Of a stretch of DNA of 55,640 nt, positions 17,432 through 27,079 are shown piece after piece (position 1 is the first letter of the stretch; every line of letters starts with the position of its first letter). Origin of the DNA: a virus (taxonomy: Duplodnaviria > Caudoviricetes); IMG/VR virus record IMGVR_UViG_3300014711_000002, positions 1 to 55,640 of that record. One strand, written 5' to 3'. A model generated the notes under the pieces. That model was not told the origin of the DNA. It saw only the letters and a program-made list of their open reading frames with translations, and did not search any database. A program made the position numbers and the translations under genes.

Positions 17432-19173
17432 ACCTTCACGCCTTGACCTCGCATCCAATTGATGTCGGCATCATTCAGCCCATACAGTTGCTTGATTTGT
17501 GCGGCACCCAAATTTGAACCAGAAATCAGGCTATTGACGGAACCGATGTCGCCGCCCTTAAAGGCGGAAGCAAGCTGATTCGTATCCACCGCCTGAGTGG
17601 CAGATGCTGGCGCAGGGCTTACTGGAGCTTTTGTGGCCGTCGCGCTACCGCCTAGCGGTTTGGAGGTTGACGCACCTACGGACGCATACGCCTTGTTGAT
17701 TTGCTCAAGCGTGTAGCCCTGAGCCATTGCCGACTTAACGACGTCTTGATACGAAGCGTTGGGGTCCGTGACGGCCAAAGACTGAAGGGCTGTGTTAGCT
17801 TGGTCCTGCGAGTACCTTGCACCGGGCTTGATCGAAGAACTGGCTCCACCAGGGGCCGTGTACCGGGGCAGCGTGGTGTTGTAGAAAGTAGATGCCCACT
17901 GCAGCGATGAGTTGGTGGAATTGATCAGGTTGTCGATTGCTGCCTGTTTCGGGCTTACACCGTTCGCGCCATCTTCTGGTTTGCTGCTCAGATTTGGATC
18001 TGCCAGCAAAGCATTTATCTGGTTGGTGGCATTGAGTGTCAGCGTTGCGGCGTAGTTCTTTCCCGCCTCTGTCTGGTTGTTTGCTATCTGCGTCTTCATT
18101 TGCTCCATCTGAGCTTGATTTGACGTGTTTAAATTCTTTGCTGTGGCGTCAATCTGAGCCATCGTCAGGCGTTCATTGGATGCCACTTGAGCGTTGCTGA
18201 TAGAAAGCTGCTGCGCACGGTCAAGCTGGTTTTGCGCCTGCTGGAATGACATCTGCGCGCTTTGCAAATCCGTTTGAGCTTTGATGCTCTTGTCCTGCTG
18301 GACTGCTTGGAATGCGCGGTCCAGATCGGCCTGCGCGGACTGGAACTTTTGTTGCGCCGTAGCCAATTCCTTGTTGGCTGCAATGTTGAGGTTCTGAGAC
18401 AACAACTGATTGGCTTGCGCGGCATTAAATTGACCCGCCCCGTTGACGGCATCCAAGTTGGCCAAAGACCGATTGCTGTAAGTCTGAGCATCCTGTTGAG
18501 CAATGGGCGTGGCGCGGTCAATCATGGCTGCGACACCAGCGCCCTGAGACATGGAGCTGTTAACCAGCCCGCGCTGGTTCATACCCTGCGCAGCCAATGT
18601 GCGAGCCCGCTGCATCAATGGGCTGTCTGTGGCCAGAATACTGTCCATCTGCCCGGCAACAGTTTCTGTTTGCTGGTTTACCGAACTGGTTTGTGGTGTG
18701 TAGGTCTGAGGCGATGCACCAGTGACAGGAGATTGCGAGGTCGATAATCCCGCACTTGGAGAGCCTGTAATCGCACCAGCCACAATGCCGGTGGGCTTTG
18801 GTATTGGAGTGGGGCTATTGACCATGCCGGTGGGTTTTGGCATTGGAGTGGGGTCAACGCTAGCCGACCTTGTTGCGGGGGCCGAGGTGGTCAATTCAGC
18901 GGGTGCGCCTTGCGTGGACTTTCCACCAAAGTTGTACACAGGCACGCCATTGACTGCGTTGATGCCACTGCGCACAGAACCTGAGCCGTTGCTTTGGTAG
19001 TCCTTGACAAACGTGTCATACGGCACTGAAGTCAGTCGGTTACCTTGCTGGTCCATGAAGTCCCAGTTTTGACCGTTGCGTGCGCCCCCGGTGATTTGCC
19101 CAGTGACATCGCCGGTCCCGGAAAACTGCTTTTGCTGGGTCGTGTCAAACGGGTTTTGAACAGTGCTCGCCAT
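17428..19173 (-). CDS. Internal virion protein
   Basis: DSPLMQ.ART...MN.RGL.NSSM...AG..A....A.PIA.QDA block followed by Gln-rich coiled coil. Confidence 0.7.
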   Translation of the reverse strand: MASTVQNPFDTTQQKQFSGTGDVTGQITGGARNGQNWDFMDQQGNRLTSVPYDTFVKDYQSNGSGSVRSGINAVNGVPVYNFGGKSTQGAPAELTTSAPATRSASVDPTPMPKPTGMVNSPTPIPKPTGIVAGAITGSPSAGLSTSQSPVTGASPQTYTPQTSSVNQQTETVAGQMDSILATDSPLMQRARTLAAQGMNQRGLVNSSMSQGAGVAAMIDRATPIAQQDAQTYSNRSLANLDAVNGAGQFNAAQANQLLSQNLNIAANKELATAQQKFQSAQADLDRAFQAVQQDKSIKAQTDLQSAQMSFQQAQNQLDRAQQLSISNAQVASNERLTMAQIDATAKNLNTSNQAQMEQMKTQIANNQTEAGKNYAATLTLNATNQINALLADPNLSSKPEDGANGVSPKQAAIDNLINSTNSSLQWASTFYNTTLPRYTAPGGASSSIKPGARYSQDQANTALQSLAVTDPNASYQDVVKSAMAQGYTLEQINKAYASVGASTSKPLGGSATATKAPVSPAPASATQAVDTNQLASAFKGGDIGSVNSLISGSNLGAAQIKQLYGLNDADINWMRGQGVKV

Positions 19174-19184
19174 ACAGGCCTTTC

Positions 19185-19213
19185 AAACAAAAACGCCCCG
19201 ACATTGCGGGGCG
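19185..19213 (-). terminator. Intrinsic terminator in the leader of the ejection operon
   Basis: CGCCCCG-caatgt-CGGGGCG-TTTTTGTTT on the minus strand. Confidence 0.8.
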
Positions 19214-19250
19214 ATATAGGGGAACTCGCAGGCGGAATAACCCGAGGACG

Positions 19251-19279
19251 ATTCTATAGCATTGTGATATTCAGAGCAA
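19251..19279 (-). promoter_or_regulatory. Promoter TTGCTC-17-TAGAAT with operator 19254-19269
   Basis: Sigma70-like boxes plus the recurrent TATCACAATGCT motif. Confidence 0.7.
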
Positions 19280-19711
19280 GGCAATCTCTGCCTCACGTCT
19301 TTTAACCAGCCCAGCCAGCTTGCGCCCGCCAGCCATGACCCATTTGCGCAGTTCTGTTGGCACATCGCCCCACTGCCCGGCATTGACACGGCGTCGCAAA
19401 GTGGACGCCCGCAAGTTGCCCGCGCCTAAGTTAAACGCGAAGTCGATCAAGGCCGCTGCTTGGCCCGGGGTCATCTTGACCGGGCACAGCTTGACCACGG
19501 CGGGCAAGAACACCGTGCGCACCATCCACAGCAGCAATGCCTCTGCGCGCTCCTTGGAGATGGGTGGGTCAGTCAGCTTGACCTTGGTGCCGTCCTCGTA
19601 AAAAGTGGCACCGTACCCCAGCGTAGGAACTCCGGCCGGGCAAAGGTATGGCTTAAGGTACAAGCCCTCAAAGCGGCGGGCTAGGGCTGCAGCCAACTCT
19701 TCGGGCGTCAT
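19271..19711 (-). CDS. Endolysin, GH24 lysozyme
   Basis: RFEG....PY.CPAG.PT.GYG...AL.DFAFNLG.G....STL...W....G..L.GLV.RR.AE. Confidence 0.95.
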   Translation of the reverse strand: MTPEELAAALARRFEGLYLKPYLCPAGVPTLGYGATFYEDGTKVKLTDPPISKERAEALLLWMVRTVFLPAVVKLCPVKMTPGQAAALIDFAFNLGAGNLRASTLRRRVNAGQWGDVPTELRKWVMAGGRKLAGLVKRREAEIALL

Positions 19712-20175
19712 CACTTGCCCCGCTTCATCAAGTTGCGGTCTGCCAGGTAGATGCCCAGGGCAGCGCTCGCCACGGCCAGCACATTGTCGCTTGGGCTGAT
19801 CACGGCAAACTCGCCAAGGGTCAGCATGATCACCGCCCATGTGGCGACGCCGGGGCGGATGACCGCATTCCAGCCATCCACGAATGCAATGCCAGTGGCG
19901 CGCCCTACAGCTTTGACCGTCTCGAGCCATCCCTCCGCAGCGATCTCATCGACTTTTGCATGGCTTTGCGCCTCGATCACCTTGACGCCCATGTCGGCGT
20001 GCAGCTTGATGGACTCCATCAGTCGGCCGTGCTGAGCTGCATCCAGTTCGGCCTGCAGCTTCATGCGGTCCATTTCGTGCGCGTGCTCCTGCTTGGCCGT
20101 CAGCCAGTGGCTGATCTCGCCCCAGAGCATGCGAAACACTGATCCGCCCAAAAATGAAATAAGAGTTGAGAGCAT
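19711..20175 (-). CDS. Putative holin (3-TM type)
   Basis: N-terminal hydrophobic segment, IRP motif, two C-terminal TMs, basic tail; TGATG-coupled to lysozyme. Confidence 0.7.
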   Translation of the reverse strand: MLSTLISFLGGSVFRMLWGEISHWLTAKQEHAHEMDRMKLQAELDAAQHGRLMESIKLHADMGVKVIEAQSHAKVDEIAAEGWLETVKAVGRATGIAFVDGWNAVIRPGVATWAVIMLTLGEFAVISPSDNVLAVASAALGIYLADRNLMKRGK

Positions 20176-20208
20176 GGGGTTCCTTTCAAAAGTTTCGGTA
20201 AATTGGCA

Positions 20209-20577
20209 TCACTCCAAGAAATGCAGCTTGAAAATGGTGCGGTCGTACAGAGCGATGATCTCGTCGATGATGTTCTGCATGTGCGTCTCCTCTTTCTTCA
20301 CCGCCTTGTAGCGGTTGGCCTTGAGCCACTTGAGCTGGGCCTGCATGGACGCCTTGATCTCGCCGGGGAACTCGTTGTCCAGCAGCGGTATGTCGATGAG
20401 CGTCAGCTCGCAGCCCTGATAGGTTTCTGTGAGCGTGTCGGCCAGATCGACAACGGCGGGATAGAAGTCGCCCAGCGCATCGTGCGCGGCGAAGCTGCCC
20501 GGCCCGGTGGTGCGCAGGTGGGCACGGTGCGCAAGGTCACGCGCAAGAAAGAGGACTGCAATGAATTGGCCGATCAT
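20209..20577 (-). CDS. Dps/ferritin-like protein (DUF5856-like)
   Basis: AH..HL.T....SFA.H.AL..FY......D...E.YQG...N..DEI.......FKL.FL. Confidence 0.8.
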   Translation of the reverse strand: MIGQFIAVLFLARDLAHRAHLRTTGPGSFAAHDALGDFYPAVVDLADTLTETYQGCELTLIDIPLLDNEFPGEIKASMQAQLKWLKANRYKAVKKEETHMQNIIDEIIALYDRTIFKLHFLE

Positions 20578-21389
20578 CACAGCACCCCGAATTCTTCAAT
20601 GCAGATGTAGCCACCCGTGCCCGCGCCGCCAGTGCCGCCGGTGTTGGCGTTGTCCGTAGACCCCCCGCCCCCGCCACCCGCGCCGTATCCTGTGCCTGCC
20701 GATCCAGCGACGCCAGCAACCGCAGCGGTGGTGGCATTTGCACCGTTGCCGCCACGCCCAAACGTAGAACTGCCAGCGCCGGAGCCGCCGCCGCGTGTCG
20801 TGCCGAAGTTGGAACCAGCCAAGCCGCCGCCTGCACCGATGACTCTGCCGGGACCAGCGCCAGGGTTGACGGTGAAGACCGGCCCCACGTTGACGCCAGT
20901 GCTGCCAGCGCTTCCGCCGCAGGTGACACCCTCTGCTGAAGGTGTGTATGTGACAAGGCCGCTTAGGTCGCCGCCACCGAGGCCGCTGCTTGTTGTGCTT
21001 CCGCCCGTGCCGCTGAATCCGTTGTAGCCGCCGCTGCCGCCGCGTGCGCCGACTTGGCCAAACGATGTGTTGCCGCCAGCGTTGCCGAGCGAGGCCGCAG
21101 CGCCGCCCGTGCTGCCCGCGCCGCCTGTGCCCGAAGCGCCAACTGCATAGGCATAGGACGCCTGATCCAGCTTGATCCAGAACTGCGCTGTTTCACCACC
21201 GCCGCCGCCCTGTCCTCCGATGGAAGTGCTGCCACCGCAACCGCCACCGCCACCGCCACCTGCACCGACGACCGTGACCTTGGCCCAGCCGCTGGCCACG
21301 AGTGGAGTAAATGTGCCGCTGCCGGATGTGTACTCGGTTCGGCGCAGTGGCTTGGTGCCCAACGGAAGAAATTGACTCAATGCACTCAT
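20577..21389 (-). CDS. Glycine-rich tail fibre adhesin
   Basis: TSGSGTF...V.VVGAGGGGG...GG.G..G.I.I.E glycine-rich domain architecture. Confidence 0.8.
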   Translation of the reverse strand: MSALSQFLPLGTKPLRRTEYTSGSGTFTPLVASGWAKVTVVGAGGGGGGGCGGSTSIGGQGGGGGETAQFWIKLDQASYAYAVGASGTGGAGSTGGAAASLGNAGGNTSFGQVGARGGSGGYNGFSGTGGSTTSSGLGGGDLSGLVTYTPSAEGVTCGGSAGSTGVNVGPVFTVNPGAGPGRVIGAGGGLAGSNFGTTRGGGSGAGSSTFGRGGNGANATTAAVAGVAGSAGTGYGAGGGGGGSTDNANTGGTGGAGTGGYICIEEFGVL

Positions 21390-21399
21390 TTGTTGCTCC

Positions 21400-21696
21400 T
21401 TAAATCAGCACCCAGCCGCGAGTTGCGTCTGCGTACATCAATGTGATACCTGCGTTGGCGACGTCAAACGTCATGTTTTCCGCCAAGCTCATGATGTTGC
21501 TGCCGTTGCTGGCCACGGTTGCAGTGATGGTTCCGCTGCTGTTCTGAAGGACCACCGTATCGCCAGCGCTGGGGCTTGCTGGCAGCGTCAAAGTCAGCGA
21601 TGCCGTAAGCACATAGCTGCGCCCAGTCACGGCTGTAGTGTTGGTGCCAATGACTTCGGTCGTCACGGTGTTGGCAAGCGTTCTTGGTTTGGCCAT
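21400..21696 (-). CDS. Small tail fibre component
   Basis: TLTLPASP.AGD.V....N..T..SNG.NI...L.Y.DATRGW motif. Confidence 0.7.
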   Translation of the reverse strand: MAKPRTLANTVTTEVIGTNTTAVTGRSYVLTASLTLTLPASPSAGDTVVLQNSSGTITATVASNGSNIMSLAENMTFDVANAGITLMYADATRGWVLI

Positions 21697-21733
21697 CTCG
21701 GGCTCCTTTCGATGTTCTGAAAGGCCCGAGGGC

Positions 21734-21749
21734 CTACAGCATTGTGATA
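21734..21749 (-). promoter_or_regulatory. Operator copy upstream of the second adhesin cassette
   Basis: CTACAgcattgTGATA in the intergenic gap; weak promoter boxes. Confidence 0.6.
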
Positions 21750-21776
21750 CTTACGGCATCGCTGCAATTTGGTGCG

Positions 21777-22400
21777 CTACGCACCAAACTCTGCGGGCCA
21801 CCCAGTGCTGAAATCATAGCTCCACGGGGTGGCGCTGGCCTTCACCGCTGCAATGTGGGTCTCGGCTGAGGCAAAGATGGCCGCATCGTTGGCCGCAGCA
21901 GCCGCAAAGATTTGACCCGCCAGTGCGGGTGTCATGGCCACAAAGCTGCCGTCGAGCGTCTTCCACTGGATGCCCGCTGGCATGCTCGCCCCCATCATGA
22001 CCAGGCCCATTTGTTGGGTGCGGCTGAAGGTGTCAGAGTGGTACCACTTGGTGCCCACCTTGTAGCCACCCTTCTGGATGCGGCGATCGCGCTCGGCTTT
22101 GATGGCGGTGATGATTTGCTTGGCTTCGGCGGCGCTTTTGGCGGCGAGTTCTTCGGCCGTCCATGGCACCACTGCACGGGTGACGATGACCACGCCATCG
22201 CCCAGCGTCAGGGTTTCGTCGCCGTAGCGCTCAAACTGCTTGAGCGCGGGCGACTGATCGACCTCGGGCCACCATTTGCAGTCTTGCACGCCAAGCGCCG
22301 GGTCAGTCCATGACAGATCAGCGAGTGATTCAGGGGCAAGGCCGTGTAGGAAGTCAGGGATTGGTGCGCGGGTGGGGGTGTTGTTTTGGATTTTGATCAT
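21777..22400 (-). CDS. Tail fibre assembly protein (DUF4376-like)
   Basis: IKAERDRR...G......W.HSD..SR.Q.......WKT.DGSFV...D.S.GWP. Confidence 0.8.
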   Translation of the reverse strand: MIKIQNNTPTRAPIPDFLHGLAPESLADLSWTDPALGVQDCKWWPEVDQSPALKQFERYGDETLTLGDGVVIVTRAVVPWTAEELAAKSAAEAKQIITAIKAERDRRIQKGGYKVGTKWYHSDTFSRTQQMGLVMMGASMPAGIQWKTLDGSFVAMTPALAGQIFAAAAANDAAIFASAETHIAAVKASATPWSYDFSTGWPAEFGA

Positions 22401-22409
22401 GCTGTTCTT

Positions 22410-23144
22410 TCAGTCGTAGAACCACTCAACAACGATGCCGCCTACGCCACCTACCCGGTTGTTTGAGCCGTCATCACCAGAGCCGCCGCCAAGCGCGCCT
22501 CCAAATGATGTCGATGGAGGGGTCCCCCAAACGGATGCACCATATTGCGTTGATGTGGATGTTGCAGAGGAAGCGCCTGCGCCGCCGCCACCGTGAGTAA
22601 GTTGGCCTATACTTCCAGAACCACCACCAACACCCCACCCCACGGAAAGCACAGGCGGTTGTGCACCTGTTGTTGGTGTTTGTCCATTACCCATTGGACC
22701 AGCAGCGCCGCCGCCTCTTGACCCATCACTGTTACCGCCAGAATAATTGTAGTCGCCACCCCTGCCTACACCGCCAAGCCCACCGGGACTTTTTTGGCCG
22801 AATAGTTGATATCCCGGAAAAGACGCTGTCGTCCCACCAATAGTGTTGGCCGTGTCTGAGGCTGTAATTGAGTAGCTGATAGAAGAAGCTGGAACAATTT
22901 TTGAGGCAGCGCAACCACCACCGCCAGAGCCGCCCAAGGTTGCAATAACATACCCACCCGCACCAATTGCCGCAACCCGCATGTACTTGGCATTTGCGGG
23001 GGGGACAATAACCCCAGATACCAAATTGTTTGACCCAAGCACTCGCGTGAAATTCACTTCTTTTGGTGTCGTCTGTTTCTTAGGCAAACCACCCAAGCCG
23101 TTACCCCCGCTCGGGGAGTTTTGCATCCCATATTGATAAGGCAT
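22410..23144 (-). CDS. Second glycine-rich tail fibre adhesin (lower GC)
   Basis: RV.AIGAGG...GGGGG...GG.GG.V.VEW architecture. Confidence 0.75.
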   Translation of the reverse strand: MPYQYGMQNSPSGGNGLGGLPKKQTTPKEVNFTRVLGSNNLVSGVIVPPANAKYMRVAAIGAGGYVIATLGGSGGGGCAASKIVPASSISYSITASDTANTIGGTTASFPGYQLFGQKSPGGLGGVGRGGDYNYSGGNSDGSRGGGAAGPMGNGQTPTTGAQPPVLSVGWGVGGGSGSIGQLTHGGGGAGASSATSTSTQYGASVWGTPPSTSFGGALGGGSGDDGSNNRVGGVGGIVVEWFYD

Positions 23145-23157
23145 CTTTCACCCCCAA

Positions 23158-23571
23158 TCAGAAGTCGGTGTATTCGGCCTTGAACACGATACCGCCAGCC
23201 AGCGCCACCTGACTGCCGACATACAGTCGGTCACCCGCCGCAAGGCGCAGCGGCGAGGCTTCAGAATAGTTGGCAAAAGTGGTCACGGGCACTTGCGTGG
23301 TGGTGGCCATGGTGTAAGCAGCCATCAGCGCAGAGTCGATCATTCGCATGGTGGTGCCTGCATCATTGCTGATCCACAGCACCAGCGACGAGGCTGTCAC
23401 GGTGGCGCGTGGGATGGCAGACAGGCGCGTGAGGATTGCGCCGTCTGCGCCTGCGGTTAGCAATAAAACTGCGTTGGTCGGCGTGTCGTTGGTGACGGTT
23501 GCGACTGCAGTGGCTACGGCTGTTGCCGTTTTGGGGGTTTGCGCGAATGGAGCGGTGAAAGTCTTGGCCAT
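23158..23571 (-). CDS. Tail fibre adaptor-like virion protein
   Basis: Beta-rich, L.L..GD.L.V motif; AAAGGA RBS. Confidence 0.6.
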   Translation of the reverse strand: MAKTFTAPFAQTPKTATAVATAVATVTNDTPTNAVLLLTAGADGAILTRLSAIPRATVTASSLVLWISNDAGTTMRMIDSALMAAYTMATTTQVPVTTFANYSEASPLRLAAGDRLYVGSQVALAGGIVFKAEYTDF

Positions 23572-23582
23572 GATAATTTCCT

Positions 23583-25028
23583 TTAGAAAGAAAGAGATGT
23601 TGCCTGTGCTTGAGCCAGGGTAAATCCTTGAATGACAAGATCTCCCGATCCAAGCACAGCCGAACCGTTGATTGTTTTGATGCTGGTGCCGGAAACTAAA
23701 ACATCCTGCTTCGCCGCCAACAGTGTGTTGGTCTGGGCTTGAGTGTAGGTGTTGGCCACAGCGAATGTGCCGTAGGCCACGATGTCCACTGTGTCGCCTG
23801 CTGCTGCCCCGTAAGAAAGGACAATGCTCGTGCCGCTGGATGCCACGAACTCGGTGCCGCTAACCAGCTTTACGCCGTTGAGGTACACGTCCACAAACCC
23901 GACGTCATACGTGATAGCGAACGTGGTTTGTCCAGCCGTTGCGACGTAAACGGCACGGGCCGATGTTCCATTGACGGACGACCCAGCATCGGCCCACGAA
24001 CCGCCCGCAACGTACACCCGCATCTTGTTAAGCGTGGTGTCAAAATACAAAGCACCAACCAGCAGCGGATTGCCCTGATTGTCAACCGTTGGGGCAGAAG
24101 CCTTGGGGCCAAGGTACAAGGCCGCAAAGCTGTCATTGACCGCAGAGACGACGCGGCCATAAATGTCAACCGTCAACTGGTTGTAAGTGCCAGCGGATAC
24201 GCCAGTCTGCGCAAGGTCAATGTCGTTGGCGTTGACCACAATTCGCGCTGACGATGCGGTGCCAACATCAAGTGTGTTGCCGGTCTTGGTCAGGCCCGCG
24301 CCTGCGTTGATCTGGCCAGCGCCCGAGAACTGTTCAAAGGTGATCGAGGTGGACCCGATCGTGCCGCTGGGGGCGACGGTGCAGACCCATCCGCTGTTGT
24401 CGTTGGCAGTGCCATCTTCAACAAAGACAAACGCACCCGGAAATTCCGCCCAAGCATCCATGTCAGTAGACCGCGCCCACGCACCCACGGCGACCACGTA
24501 GATACCGTTCTGCGAGGCTGCGCTTTGGTTCTTGACCAGCACCCGGTCACCTGCAGTTACTGCCACGCCGTCGATGGTCTGCGTGCCGCTAAGGGTGATG
24601 TTTGACGTAGTGGCCACGCGGCAAGATGCCTTTGTGTCCAAGCCCTGAGCAACGCTGTCAACGTATGCCTTGTTGGCCGCGTCAGTGTTGCTGACAGGTG
24701 TAGGAACCCCCGTAAGGGAGCCTGTCAAGTTGACGTTGTTAAAGTTGGATGTCCCCGTAGTGGCTGTCACGTTTCCTGTGACGTTGCCATTGACATCTCC
24801 CGTCACGTTTCCGGTGAAGTTGCCGGTGACATTTGCCGCAATCGAACTGACTGCATCAAGTCCAGACCCGTCGCCCTTGACGACTACAACTTTATTTCCG
24901 TTCCCGGACAAAGCAGGCATCTTGTCGAAGCCTGACTCCACCTTGTCAAGCTCGGCTCGCAAGGCAGCAGAAGAACCGGGCGCATTGGGTCCAGGATAGG
25001 ATGCGTGGTCGTAATATGGATTGCTCAT
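23583..25028 (-). CDS. Tail fibre protein
   Basis: GNVT repeats; DAANKAYVD...KASCRVATT.NITLSG.QTIDGV...DRVLVKNQ...NGIY; ATAGQT.F...VYLNGV. Confidence 0.85.
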   Translation of the reverse strand: MSNPYYDHASYPGPNAPGSSAALRAELDKVESGFDKMPALSGNGNKVVVVKGDGSGLDAVSSIAANVTGNFTGNVTGDVNGNVTGNVTATTGTSNFNNVNLTGSLTGVPTPVSNTDAANKAYVDSVAQGLDTKASCRVATTSNITLSGTQTIDGVAVTAGDRVLVKNQSAASQNGIYVVAVGAWARSTDMDAWAEFPGAFVFVEDGTANDNSGWVCTVAPSGTIGSTSITFEQFSGAGQINAGAGLTKTGNTLDVGTASSARIVVNANDIDLAQTGVSAGTYNQLTVDIYGRVVSAVNDSFAALYLGPKASAPTVDNQGNPLLVGALYFDTTLNKMRVYVAGGSWADAGSSVNGTSARAVYVATAGQTTFAITYDVGFVDVYLNGVKLVSGTEFVASSGTSIVLSYGAAAGDTVDIVAYGTFAVANTYTQAQTNTLLAAKQDVLVSGTSIKTINGSAVLGSGDLVIQGFTLAQAQATSLSF

Positions 25029-27073
25029 CGAAGTCCTCGGCGCATGGTGTAGTGAACGATGATGCTGTTCACCGTAAACGGTTTCAGCAGGTTGGACACG
25101 GACGATATGCGAATCGCCATGTTCTCGGCGGTGCCCGTCAACTCAACCTCGGACGGCGAAATGTCGCGCCCGTCAAAAATGAAGTTGTCCCAACTGAAAG
25201 AATCCCAGTAGGCCGAACGAAGGTCATTTGAATAACTGTCATCAGATGGCTGATCAAGTTCCGGGGTTCGGTAGGCAAGGTCATATCCGAATCCAAAGTC
25301 GGCATATGAGTCCCCAGTCATTTCAACACTGGCACGGCGGTATCGCTTCAAAATGCGCGGCGAGCCAGTGCTGTTGTAAACCAATGTGATATTCGACGCG
25401 ATGTCAAAACCGTCAAAGGATGTTCCGGCGTCAAGTCTGTATACAAACCCATTTGATGAGCCGAAGAACGAAGTCTCGTTTCCGTCTGCCGTAGCACCCT
25501 CCGTGCAGCACAGCACAGCATCAGGGAACTGCACTGGCATTGCTCCCATGTACTGACCGTTGGCAATGGTCAAGTAGAGTCCGTATCCATCACTGAAAAA
25601 GACTCGGTACTGACCCTTTTCCCGGTTGACAACGGAGGCCGTAGCCAGGCTCCTGCGCACCTGAATAAATGGCCGCAGGTTCATCGTGAGTGACGCGGTG
25701 GCGAAGTTGCCAAAGTTGAGTGTCGTCCCCAGCGCCATGACGCCGCGCTCGTTCAAGATGTAGGACTGGTCAAGGTTTTGTCCGGTGTGGGCCAGCCCTC
25801 CGGTTCCAACATTGAAACTCGACAGGGCGAAGTTCTCTGAGCTGCTGCCGTACAGAACCGATGTATCTGTTTTCGTGTAGACAGCCAGAGCACCGCTTGA
25901 CTGATCACCCGGCAATGGCAGCAATTGCGTGATCACGTCGTTCATCGAAATCTCGCCCGCACCCAGCACTGGACTCCATGAGTACGGGTTGCCAATGGCG
26001 GAAAACTGCAGCGAATGAGCAAACGCCAAAAACAGATGTTGCTTGTGAACCTGCATGCGCGTTGGCACATCAGGTGTCATGGCGGTTGAAATCGGAACAA
26101 GATTCGTACCATCCCACTCCATTGCTCGGTTGACGCCATCGCACCAATACAGTTTCTTGTTGGTTTGACTACCGCCAAAATTGGCAACGACCGGCTGTAC
26201 GCGCCCGCCAGGAGATAACGTGATGGATGTCGCCGCACCGCCGGAAACGGCTTTGGTCAAGCCACCAACTTGCAGGTTTTCACCGGCTTGAAATGTGCCT
26301 GCGCTAGACGAAAGAATCAGGCGGCCGCTGGCTTGCGGAGAGCCAGCAAACGAGCCGTTTTGCACGACAACAACAGAGACGACAGCAGTCGCCCCGCTGG
26401 TCACACCAGTGATAGTTTGACCTGCGTTGATTGCAGATGAGCCACTGGTGAAAGAAATCTCTTTGCCAAACGACAAGGCCGTCCAGCCTGTGCCTGAGCT
26501 TTTGAACATTCCAAGCGCAGTCGCGCTTGCATTGTCTCGCCAAGCGTAGACATTGTTGTTGTAGAAAGCGACGCCTCGGATTGGGCCAGAGCCAGGCACA
26601 GCCTGAATGTCTGCACGGTAATCCGCCGCAGCCAGCGCCTTATAAGTGGCGTCAGTCAGGCCGTCAGCGGCCACACCGACGATATCAATCCCGGTCACGA
26701 CAATCACAGCCGAAACCGTCAGGTACTCTCCCGGCACAAAGGTGCCAGTCTGGCGCGTAAGCACCACCTGTCCGGTTGGCGCGGCTATCACTTTGCCAGT
26801 GGCTAGGCTGGTGCCTCCGGTAATGGTTGCACCAACAGCGACGGTGCCAATGAACGTGCCATTCAAAATGATGTATCGAGCGTCCGATGGGTTCTGTTTT
26901 CCGTCAAAGCGCTCGTAGCCACCAATGCGGGTGTAACCGCCCGTGATGGAGCACTCAAAATTCGCAGCACGGCGCACAACGCCGGGCTTGAGCGACAGGG
27001 TTGGGGTGACTTGATCAAGACCGCCAGACAAGCGGATCAGGTCATATTGAACTTTGGGCAGGTTTTGCGACAT
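25025..27073 (-). CDS. Tail nozzle / stabilisation protein (tubular protein B-like)
   Basis: 682 aa, beta-rich, GGL...N.E....GGY.RI.G N-terminus; follows adaptor. Confidence 0.75.
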   Translation of the reverse strand: MSQNLPKVQYDLIRLSGGLDQVTPTLSLKPGVVRRAANFECSITGGYTRIGGYERFDGKQNPSDARYIILNGTFIGTVAVGATITGGTSLATGKVIAAPTGQVVLTRQTGTFVPGEYLTVSAVIVVTGIDIVGVAADGLTDATYKALAAADYRADIQAVPGSGPIRGVAFYNNNVYAWRDNASATALGMFKSSGTGWTALSFGKEISFTSGSSAINAGQTITGVTSGATAVVSVVVVQNGSFAGSPQASGRLILSSSAGTFQAGENLQVGGLTKAVSGGAATSITLSPGGRVQPVVANFGGSQTNKKLYWCDGVNRAMEWDGTNLVPISTAMTPDVPTRMQVHKQHLFLAFAHSLQFSAIGNPYSWSPVLGAGEISMNDVITQLLPLPGDQSSGALAVYTKTDTSVLYGSSSENFALSSFNVGTGGLAHTGQNLDQSYILNERGVMALGTTLNFGNFATASLTMNLRPFIQVRRSLATASVVNREKGQYRVFFSDGYGLYLTIANGQYMGAMPVQFPDAVLCCTEGATADGNETSFFGSSNGFVYRLDAGTSFDGFDIASNITLVYNSTGSPRILKRYRRASVEMTGDSYADFGFGYDLAYRTPELDQPSDDSYSNDLRSAYWDSFSWDNFIFDGRDISPSEVELTGTAENMAIRISSVSNLLKPFTVNSIIVHYTMRRGLR

Positions 27074-27079
27074 GTTGCC

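Noticed and set aside
20577-25028. Diversity-generating retroelement or invertible tail cassette
   Set aside because: No reverse transcriptase, TR/VR pair, invertase or flanking inverted repeats seen.
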